Positions 47,251 through 56,400 of a stretch of 64,000 nucleotides of DNA are shown in pieces. The stretch is from the NCBI GenBank assembly GCA_964592105.1, contig CAZQBL010000016.1, positions 2,560 to 66,559 on the forward strand. The letters are read 5' to 3'. The notes below the pieces were generated by a model that was not told where the DNA came from, did no database searches, and saw only the letters and a program-made list of their open reading frames with translations. How positions within the stretch are numbered: the first letter of the stretch is position 1; every line of letters begins with the position of its first letter. The translations under genes were made by a program, and so were the position numbers. This stretch comes from an uncultured Gammaproteobacteria bacterium (GTDB taxonomy: Bacteria > Patescibacteriota > Patescibacteriia > UBA10025 > JAHIVO01).

Positions 47251-50200
47251 TTGAAAATTAAGATGAGACATTCTGTCTATAAAACTAAATCAATAAAAAA
47301 ATCAACGCTGTTGTACCTTGGTTTGACCTGTTGGCTTTTGATTGCTGGATTTGGAATAAACGCGGCTCGGGCGGCTTGGGAAGAGCCGTCGGCAGAAGCG
47401 CCGGGCGGCAATGTGTTTGGTCCTTTAAACATTGGTCCTGATATGCAGACTAAACAGGGGCGTTTGCTTTTGGATCCACTTTATAATCCGTTGAATAGTA
47501 TGCCGCCAATCAACAACCAATTGGAGGTTAGAGGTGAGGGCGCTTATTTTTCTACCCTCTATGCCAGCCAAACCCTGGCGGTGGATACGGATACTTTAGT
47601 TGTCAATGACACTGGTCTCGGCATAGGTACGGCCAATCCCACCGTGGCTCTACAAGTGGCGGACAGCAGGGTAAGAGTGACGACTGATTTAGCCGGCGTT
47701 GCGGCGGTACAATCCCGGTCATCCGGAAGTAGCGGCCTTTATGCTTATGCCGAGGGTGCCGACCTTGCCGCGGTTTATGGTACGAGTGCCAGCGGGTTCG
47801 GAGTTTATGGAATTAATGAATTCGGCGGGACGGGGGTTTTTGGACGAAGCGAAACATCATCGGCGGTAGTCGGCAGCACCGCGGCAAGTTACAATCCTAC
47901 CAATATCATCGCCGGTGTTTACGGGCAGGCCAGCGGTTTGAATTCCTGGGCCGGGTATTTCCAGCAACGCCTGTTCGGGTCGGATCAGATCATCGGCAGG
48001 AAATTTTCACCCAATCGCCTGCAAAATTCCCAAATATCCTATACAGCTGGTTGGGAAATGAGACAGGTGGAGGATAGCCGTTACACCTCGCCTAAACACA
48101 TTGTTTTTGACGGAAATTATCTCTGGGTATCGCAGGCGGGGGAGTTTGACAATATGTTTATTATTGATCCTGTCTCTGGCACAATTGCTCAAGAGTTTTA
48201 TCCGGCTGATAACTATCACAATCATATCGTGCCCAATAAAATGATTTTTGTAAACGGTTACATCTGGGCGGCTACCAAGGTCAATACCGGAACGTGCATC
48301 CGTGGGTCAATCGCCAGAATAAACGTTGATCCGGACAATATTGAAATAATAAATTACCCTGTCACCGACTGTCCACCCAGCGGTTACAGCACTGCTATTG
48401 ACTTGGTTTATGACAATCAGACGACCGGCGGTCCGTACATCTGGACTGTTAATTGGATTAACCGCTATGGCGGCAACTATGATTATAGCCTTGGGCGTCT
48501 GAACCTGAATGATTATAGCTATATGCCGCCGATCAAGCCCTCTGGGCAGTGCCTAACTTTTGATCCCTCCAGGTGCAATGATGGTATTGATAATGACAGT
48601 GACGCTAATATTGATTTCGGCTGCAGCGGTGTACCTGGAGTGCCGCCAAATTATTCTTGGCTTTTAGATACGCAAGAAGAATGTGAAGGGGCTGGAGGCA
48701 GTTGGAATACTGGTGATACTCAGTGCACTAATATTGGCTGGGAATCACCTGACGGCAATGATATCACTAATGATGAAAGATTGGTAATGAAAGCATTAGG
48801 TCATCCGACGGGTATCACTATGGATACAAGCCGCGGTGATATTTGGGTGAGTTTTAATGGCATGGAAGCTTACAGCGCCGGAGAGCAATCTATCTCCGGT
48901 GAAGGGCTGATCAAAATTTCGGCTTCCAACACGGATGATTACTCGGTATATTGCCAGCAGAACAGTTCCGGCATCGCCTTGCCGGGTCGTAAGCCGGCGG
49001 ATATCGTTTATGACAGTGTTAATGACCGAATTTGGATAGCTCATGATCCAAGCTGGGTCAACTATCAGCCGGCCAGTGGCATCAGCAAGATAGATCCGGA
49101 GACAGGCAGGACAGAAGCGGAATATACGCGGCAAACCGGCTATGTATGGGGCAGTGGCGGACCGTTTGTCATTGATTTTGATAGTAGCTCCGATGGCGGT
49201 CCGTATATTTGGGCCAGTAACAGTGAACATGGCGAGCATTTGGTGAAGTTTGACATTGCCAATGCAACCTTTACTCATGATTATTATCCATTGCCGGGCA
49301 TAGTCTATGATTTCACTTTTGACAGGCGGAATCCGTCTAATCCTTATATTTGGGGTGCTCATGCCGACGCCAGTCTGCTTAGCCAGAATCAAATAAATAG
49401 TCCATATACAACAGTTACTTATGTCCCCAAGGGAGCCGCTTCTGGAGATGTATTGTTTGACGGAACTTATGTTTGGACCAGTAATAGAAGCGGATATTCC
49501 GTCAGTAAATATCGGGCCGTGGATGGAAAAAAAATAGGTGATTATGGCACCGGACGCAATCCAAACTTTATGGTTTTTGACGGCACTAATATTTGGACAT
49601 TCAACAATTATGACTTGCAAAGCCGAGATATTACCAAGATTCGGGCGATTGATGGAGCGCGCCTGGGCGATTTTAACAAAGGCCAAAGGGAGATGGGCGC
49701 TGACGCTGTTTTTGACGGTCGGTATATCTGGAATTCTAATTCATATTCAAACTCGCTAAGAAAAATAGATACGCAGAACTGCACCGATCCGGATGGCGGA
49801 GGTCCAGCAGTCGGCAGTTGTGCTAATAAATTATTCACGGCCTCGTCTGGCTTGCCGGTAAATTTTCAGCCTAATAAAATCATTTACGATGGAAATTACA
49901 TCTGGGCAACATCAAATAAATCCAATAATGGCAATCAAATTATAAAAATATCATTTAGCGATAATAATACGCCAAACAATATTAATGATGACACAATTGC
50001 AGTAGTCGGCACATATACTTTTACTGATATTGGTATAGCCACGGGTAATATTAATTTGATTGAGTTTGACGGCACTTATATCTGGCTGGGCACGATCGGA
50101 GTGGATGGTTTTGGCAATAGCGTTTATAAATTTGATCCAAATAACTGCTCCGGGAGTGCGTGTCCTCTGGCGGGGAGATTCCCCATTTACCATGAGGCGG

Positions 50201-51198
50201 GCAAATGTTCCAATACTAATTTGTATTGTTCAAAAAATGGGGATTGTACCGGGGGCGGGACATGCCAGATGATGGGATCCCGGGTTTCCGGTATGACTTT
50301 TGACGGGACGAATATGTGGATTTATAACGGTACCAGTAATGATAATATAGCGGCTAGGGAATGCAGTGATGACATTGATAATGATGGTGATGGCCTAAAA
50401 GATGGTGCTGATCCGAATTGCCGTAATTCGGGCAATTCTATTGATCTTCACGAAGCCAGTTTATGCGATGATAACATTGATAATGATAATGACGGATTGT
50501 GCGATTGGGATGGCTGCAATGGTCTGCCGGCTGAAGCAGAATGTATTGTGACAGGCAATACTGATAACCAAAACAAGATGCTGGATACCGAAGGTGCTAA
50601 AGATAGTAATGGTAATTGGATTTATTCTAATCAACTCGGCTTAACCGAGTGCCGTGATGGCAAGGATAATGACGGCAATGGTTTGTGTGATTTTGACGGC
50701 GCTGTGGGCAGTCCCGGCTGCAGCGGAAAGCCGGATCCGGGGTGTACAAACGCCGAAGATAGAAGTGAGGCTAGTCGGTTGCATGATTCCCATTTGACCC
50801 GCGTAGTCGCCGCGACGAATCAAATAGTTGAGAGCGTGCGGGTGGGTAATTACAGCCGTGCCTCGGGGATGATTTTTAATGGTTCTAGCATCTGGCTCGG
50901 CATCAGTAATGATAGTTACGTATTGCATCAATATTATTCAGGCAGTGGCCTTGGCGCGACTGACCTGGCTGGAGCGGTGAATCTTCAGGGTTCTTTGCCA
51001 GGCACTGCCCAGCCAGGTAGTTTCTCTATTTCTGGTTCCGCTGTTTTGGCCGGAAGATTGACGGTAGTGGGCGATCTAGTGGTTCAGAATAATGAGTGGG
51101 GTAGCGCGGGAGTGAATAAAAATTTTGGTACATCATGCGATGATGGTGAATTTGCCACGGAAGTCACTTCAACCGGCATTGTATGTAAAAAATTGTAG
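47251..51198 (+). CDS. secreted double beta-propeller protein with Cys/Asp-rich putative metal-binding (MopE-like) repeats, paralog B
   Basis: A signal peptide ends ARAA/WEEP. About 14 FDG.Y.W-type blades are present. Four C.DG.DND.DG motifs occur: CNDGIDNDSDANIDFGCSG, CSDDIDNDGDGLKDGADPNC, CDDNIDNDNDGLCDWDGC and CRDGKDNDGNGLCDFDG. The C-terminal tail is SCDDGEFATEVTSTGIVCKKL. Confidence 0.7.
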   Translation: MKIKMRHSVYKTKSIKKSTLLYLGLTCWLLIAGFGINAARAAWEEPSAEAPGGNVFGPLNIGPDMQTKQGRLLLDPLYNPLNSMPPINNQLEVRGEGAYFSTLYASQTLAVDTDTLVVNDTGLGIGTANPTVALQVADSRVRVTTDLAGVAAVQSRSSGSSGLYAYAEGADLAAVYGTSASGFGVYGINEFGGTGVFGRSETSSAVVGSTAASYNPTNIIAGVYGQASGLNSWAGYFQQRLFGSDQIIGRKFSPNRLQNSQISYTAGWEMRQVEDSRYTSPKHIVFDGNYLWVSQAGEFDNMFIIDPVSGTIAQEFYPADNYHNHIVPNKMIFVNGYIWAATKVNTGTCIRGSIARINVDPDNIEIINYPVTDCPPSGYSTAIDLVYDNQTTGGPYIWTVNWINRYGGNYDYSLGRLNLNDYSYMPPIKPSGQCLTFDPSRCNDGIDNDSDANIDFGCSGVPGVPPNYSWLLDTQEECEGAGGSWNTGDTQCTNIGWESPDGNDITNDERLVMKALGHPTGITMDTSRGDIWVSFNGMEAYSAGEQSISGEGLIKISASNTDDYSVYCQQNSSGIALPGRKPADIVYDSVNDRIWIAHDPSWVNYQPASGISKIDPETGRTEAEYTRQTGYVWGSGGPFVIDFDSSSDGGPYIWASNSEHGEHLVKFDIANATFTHDYYPLPGIVYDFTFDRRNPSNPYIWGAHADASLLSQNQINSPYTTVTYVPKGAASGDVLFDGTYVWTSNRSGYSVSKYRAVDGKKIGDYGTGRNPNFMVFDGTNIWTFNNYDLQSRDITKIRAIDGARLGDFNKGQREMGADAVFDGRYIWNSNSYSNSLRKIDTQNCTDPDGGGPAVGSCANKLFTASSGLPVNFQPNKIIYDGNYIWATSNKSNNGNQIIKISFSDNNTPNNINDDTIAVVGTYTFTDIGIATGNINLIEFDGTYIWLGTIGVDGFGNSVYKFDPNNCSGSACPLAGRFPIYHEAGKCSNTNLYCSKNGDCTGGGTCQMMGSRVSGMTFDGTNMWIYNGTSNDNIAARECSDDIDNDGDGLKDGADPNCRNSGNSIDLHEASLCDDNIDNDNDGLCDWDGCNGLPAEAECIVTGNTDNQNKMLDTEGAKDSNGNWIYSNQLGLTECRDGKDNDGNGLCDFDGAVGSPGCSGKPDPGCTNAEDRSEASRLHDSHLTRVVAATNQIVESVRVGNYSRASGMIFNGSSIWLGISNDSYVLHQYYSGSGLGATDLAGAVNLQGSLPGTAQPGSFSISGSAVLAGRLTVVGDLVVQNNEWGSAGVNKNFGTSCDDGEFATEVTSTGIVCKKL

Positions 51199-51247
51199 AA
51201 AATTTAATTGTCATTTTTAGGACAATGACAAAGTAAAACAATACATA

Positions 51248-53344
51248 ATGAATCGTTCAAATAGAAAATTAAATTATTCTCAAAAAACAGCCGGACTGTA
51301 TATGAGTTTTATGATGATTTTTTTTATCGCGCTTTTTGGCGCAAAAATGACGAGAGCCGACTGGCGCGAGCCGACAGCACCGCCGCCAACAAAAAATATT
51401 TATCCTCCGTTGACTGTCAGTGGGGAGCCGCAGGCCAAGGCCGGAAAATTAAAACTTGATCCAAACTTTAATCCTGATAACCTGACCACTTTATTAACTT
51501 ACCCTCTGGAAGTTGTGGGGACCGGTAAAGTAATAAAGGGCGCAGCGGATAATTTGCGAGTCGCTGACACCTTGTTTGTGAGTGCCGATGAAGACAAGGT
51601 TGATATTGCTAGTAAGCCCACTAATAACTCGGCAAAATTAACTGTTTATGGTGGCAAAGTGCAGATCGGGACAGAACTCAATCCTGTTTCTGGTCAGGCT
51701 TTGTGGGGAGAAAGTGCCAGTGGGCACGGAATTCTTGGCACGACTTTGGCTTCGAGCAGCAGTCAAGTTTATGCCGGAGTCAGAGGTGAAAATAACAATG
51801 CTCGGGGTTATGGCGTTTGGGGTTTATCAAGCAGTAGCGGAGCGAATGCCAGGTCCGGCGTTTATGGCCAGACCAAGGGCGGTGCTGGTATCTATGGCGT
51901 AACAAACTCATATTTGTACGCGGCTGTTTATGGGGAAAATACTGCGGCTATCAATATGGGCTGGGCCGGTTATTTTGACGGTAATCTGGGCGCCGGTTCT
52001 GATGTAGTTTCCAGCAGGTTTCTGCCGACAAATCTTCGGCGGTCACTTATACCGTTCACCTCGGGGCAGGCGGTGAGCAATTATTCTTTTGGACAATGGT
52101 CGTCCACTTGGCCCGATAACGGCGTGCTGGCTTTTGATGGTACTTATGTTTGGCTGGCGACAAATCGGGATGACAGTGTGACCCACAATAACCTTTTTAA
52201 ACTTCGCGCTTCTGATGGTCAATTGATTAAATCCTATCAAATCGGCGACAATTTGTGGGCCATAACTTTTGACGGGCGCTACCTTTGGCTTTTGGATCAG
52301 GATGGTGATTTACGGCGTTTTGATCCGGTAAACGAAACGGCTGCGCCATTGGTGATAAGCGGCGCGAGTCTGGAGTTAGATTCCGACGACACCACGCCTT
52401 ATCTGGCGGTCAGTCATCAAAGTGGTCATACATATATTTGGTTAGTTGATAGAGGTGATGATCGGGTTATCAAGGTAAATTCCTTTTTGGCGAACATCGA
52501 TTCCGCATATTCTTTGGATGCTTTAGTTGATAGCGCCGTTTATGATCCCATGGGCATTACCTACGATGGAAAATATATTTGGGTAGCCGCGCGTGGCGAC
52601 GGCGGATACTTAATTCGTCTCTGGGCTGAAAATCCTTCAAATCCCACCGACCCGGCCGATCGGCCGTTGCGTTTTGATACTACCACCGATCAACTGGCCT
52701 GCCCTCCCTATAATGTGGTGGCAGACGGTCTGCATGTCTGGTGTCTGCCGGATCAGGGTTCCGACACGGAATTGGTACGTGTGTGGGCAGCCAATCCTAA
52801 CGATCCGCGCCATCCGGCTAAGGATTTTGGCGCGTTCAGTAGCGTGCAGCTTAAAGATGGCACGACGGACGGGACTTACCTCTGGGTGGTCAGTTTGCAG
52901 GACAGACGGCTGTACCGGTTCTTATTGGCTGATCCTGGCCAGTATACTTATTTCACAGTTTCGTTCGAGGAACCCAAGGAAATACTTTTTGACGGGACAT
53001 ATTTATGGATTCCCGAGACGTCAGGCACCGCCGCCCCCACGTTGCATAAATATTTTTCCGGCAACGGCCTCGGACATACCGATTTGACTACCGTTGTTAA
53101 TTTGGACTCCTCGCCTGCCCAAAACGGCAATTTCAATATTTTTGGTACAGCTGAGGTCGGCGGCACTTTGTCAGTAGGAGGCGATCTGGTGGCCAAAAAT
53201 AATACTTGGGATCCGGCGGGTGATGACGTAGCCGTTCCGGTTTTTGGGGGTTTGGCCTCTTGCGCTGTCAATGGCCACTTCATCAAAGGTATTACGATTG
53301 GTGCCGACCATAAAATAAGTGCAATTGTGTGCCGGGGGCTGTAA
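51248..53344 (+). CDS. secreted beta-propeller repeat protein, paralog C
   Basis: A signal peptide ends TRA/DWREP. The conserved N-terminal module PLTVSGEPQAKAGKLKLDP is present. Blades include AFDGTYVWL, TFDGRYLWL, TYDGKYIWV and LFDGTYLWI. The C-terminal tail is SCAVNGHFIKGITIGADHKISAIVCRGL. Confidence 0.7.
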   Translation: MNRSNRKLNYSQKTAGLYMSFMMIFFIALFGAKMTRADWREPTAPPPTKNIYPPLTVSGEPQAKAGKLKLDPNFNPDNLTTLLTYPLEVVGTGKVIKGAADNLRVADTLFVSADEDKVDIASKPTNNSAKLTVYGGKVQIGTELNPVSGQALWGESASGHGILGTTLASSSSQVYAGVRGENNNARGYGVWGLSSSSGANARSGVYGQTKGGAGIYGVTNSYLYAAVYGENTAAINMGWAGYFDGNLGAGSDVVSSRFLPTNLRRSLIPFTSGQAVSNYSFGQWSSTWPDNGVLAFDGTYVWLATNRDDSVTHNNLFKLRASDGQLIKSYQIGDNLWAITFDGRYLWLLDQDGDLRRFDPVNETAAPLVISGASLELDSDDTTPYLAVSHQSGHTYIWLVDRGDDRVIKVNSFLANIDSAYSLDALVDSAVYDPMGITYDGKYIWVAARGDGGYLIRLWAENPSNPTDPADRPLRFDTTTDQLACPPYNVVADGLHVWCLPDQGSDTELVRVWAANPNDPRHPAKDFGAFSSVQLKDGTTDGTYLWVVSLQDRRLYRFLLADPGQYTYFTVSFEEPKEILFDGTYLWIPETSGTAAPTLHKYFSGNGLGHTDLTTVVNLDSSPAQNGNFNIFGTAEVGGTLSVGGDLVAKNNTWDPAGDDVAVPVFGGLASCAVNGHFIKGITIGADHKISAIVCRGL

Positions 53345-53373
53345 GTAATTATTGATTCATAATATATTATATA

Positions 53374-53445
53374 ATGAGCGGACGATTTAAAGAATACAAA
53401 AATTTGGATATTTGGCGCAGATCGTTCAGTAGATATCCAAACTAA
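53374..53445 (+). pseudogene. truncated remnant (23 codons) of a four-helix-bundle protein gene
   Basis: Manual translation MSGRFKEYKNLDIWRRSFSRYPN-stop. KEYKNLDIWRRS matches the conserved N-terminus of the four-helix-bundle family and the 8770 ORF start FKKYQDLDIWKK. The reading frame stops after 23 codons. Confidence 0.4.
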
Positions 53446-53476
53446 CCCATTTGCACTTCAAACTGATGTTGGTCAA

Positions 53477-56400
53477 GTGAATCGTTTAAATGGCCGCGAT
53501 AATAAATTCTCACTGGCTTTAGCCAGGAACGATCAAAGTGGCTTTGAAAATAATATGAGTAAGTTCACTAAATACATCTCCTATACAGTATTAATTCTGG
53601 CCCTGGCCGGGGTCTTGGCGGCTGGGTTGTTTTTGATAACTTATATGATGAGTAAACCAGCAGAAAAGGCAGTGGGTCCGGTTGGAGTTGATCCGGAAAC
53701 GCAGATAGATGAATCAGTACAGAAAATTAGCCGTAATTATAGTGAAGTTTTAAACGAAGATGGCACGAGGACCGCTACTTTTACCTTGGGCCAAAGCCAG
53801 TATCTTGATGCGAATGGAACTTATCAGCCGATTGACACTAACTTAGTGGCTTCCGAGGGGGATTTTGCTTATAAAAACGAAACCAACGGCTTCCGGTCGT
53901 ACTTCAGCGCCAGCGCAACAGCAGATAATTTTGCCAAGTTTCAAATTGGCGACCGGTCAGTGGCTTTTTCATTCGTTGAGCCTAACGGATCAACCGCTGC
54001 TGTTGACGACAATACGATTATTTATCCGAATGTTTATGACGGCTTAGACGCCAAATACACCATTACCGGCGACGAATTTCTGGAAGAACTGATCGCCAGA
54101 AAGGAATTGACTGTAGATAGAATCAGCCAAAAAATAAAATTAAACGGCGTTTATTATAAACAGCAACCAGACGGCTCCATTACTTTTCATGATGAAAAAA
54201 CGAAGAAAATAGCCTGGCTGGCGCCGGCGCCGGTCATGTACGAGCAGAATAATCCCGAAAAAATCAGCTCAGGTCTGCATTATGAAATACAGGAAAGCGG
54301 GGAGGGGATTATTCTAAGCAAAGTGATTGATCAGGCAGGCAAGCAGTGGCTGAAAACCGCGACTTTCCCAGTAGTGATTGAGCCGACTTATTCGCCTCCA
54401 CCTTATTATGTCAGCGGCCCTTGGGGCTATCTGCGACGGCGGACTGATGGTGGCATCATATCGACTTTTCTACATTATACGCCTGGCGAGGTTAAAAATC
54501 ATACAGTATATACACGACATCACTATCAAGCCCGTTCCTATTTGAGTTTTGACACCAGTTCAATCGTGGACAGCGCTGTTGTCCAGACTGCCACTTTGGC
54601 AGTAACTATGGACAGCTGGGGTGCATGTCTAAGTGACGGGTCAAGCTTTCAGCGGATTTATTCCTGCAAAGACACCTGGAGTACTTTGGATAGCAGTACC
54701 TGGAATTCTTGCCTTACTACTCGAGACGGCAATGTCCGAATAGGCACGGGCGAATTTTGGGGGCCGGGCGAAACTGTGACCATTAATGTCAGCCCTGTCA
54801 ATATCAGCACCATTGGCGCAAGTCAATTTAATTTAGATTATCGGGGTATAGTTGCTCCAAATGATGATGTAAATTGTTGGGTCCAATATCACATTGGGTC
54901 TGGCGGTGCTGCTCGGCCAGTTCTCACCGTAACTTATTTAGCTCAACCTGCGCCGCCTAACAATTTTGAAATATTGCCAGCTACTACCCAGGACTCGCTG
55001 ACCATGACTTTTTCCGATCAAACCACTGATGAAGACGGCTGGGTAATACAAACCTCGTTGACAGGCGCTGATGGCACCTGGATTGATATGTGCGATATCC
55101 CGACGGCTAGCCCTAGCGGGGGTTGTTATAATTATTTGAGAGGAGAGTACTCTTGTCATAATACCTCTAAGGCGAATTATGATTATGACGACGGCACTAC
55201 CCACCGCTACTGCACGGTGACCCATTATGACTTTACGACTACTCCCAACTCAAAACACTACTACCGCATTGCTTCTCGCGCCAATGACGTGCCGGGCAGT
55301 CCTTACTGGATCGGCGAAAGTTTTCAGCTTAGCACGCCGACTTATCGGTACACCCTGGCTTCTCCAATTACCGTAGCGCCGACCACAGTGACCTCGCCCG
55401 GCTGGAATTATTATCAGATTCCGAGCGGTGGTTTGCCGGGTGGCCTGCCGACTTTTTGCCTCGGAGCGAGATTTTTGGCTCCCAATGGCACCTGGCCGCC
55501 CGCAACTCCGACCGTCGGCACCAGATACCTTATGGAAAGAGCATATACTCAGTCCGGCGTCGGCACGGTAAGCGCCTATGTTTTGACCAGTAACCCCAAT
55601 AGATGCACCCAACATACTTTAGCTGAGTGGAACGCTTTGCTCCCGATAGTGATTCCCGCGGCGGAGGTGCCTTATCCAATATGGCCAAATCGTTTGTTCG
55701 AGTTTGGTTTTTATTCCGTAAATGGTGACGGCGTACTGACCGAGCCGACAGTTTTTCGGTCCAGATATAGCCGAGCGAGACGGCCGTCCGCGCCGGCTAT
55801 CAGCAACATCACCAGCACCAGCATGACTGTCAAAATTGATACTGCGCCATCTGACGGGTTTACAAAGCCTTCAACTCCGCCAGCCGGGTGTAGTGATACA
55901 ATTTGCGGCGATGTGAATAGGGATTGTGATGTTACGGGAAGCGATGTTTCCTATTTTGTCAATTATATAAAAAATGGCGGCGGTTTCGTGGAAAATTGGA
56001 CGGGTGATGTTAATGGCGACGGCGTCATTAATAGTTTGGATATACTGTATCTTGTTGATTTTTTTCAAGGAGAAATAACTTTGAATTGTGGTGGGGCAAA
56101 TATTCTTAATCCGGCTTGGACTGATTATGAGGTAGGGACCACATCAGGTTCTTATATCAACGTAAGCGGAGCAAATGGGAATTTGCAATCCAACGAGCGC
56201 TGGTATGATTACGACGGTATGTGCTCGGTGGATAATTATATGACTTGTCATGTGGCTAATGACTGTCCTAGTCCACAAACATGCATCATCAGCGGTACAA
56301 CCTGGGGAGGCGCCGCAGGGGTCAACCTCACTGGCTTGACTCCTAATACTTGCTATACTTTTCAGGCTAGGTCGCGAAACAATACCGATCTCATTGTTTC

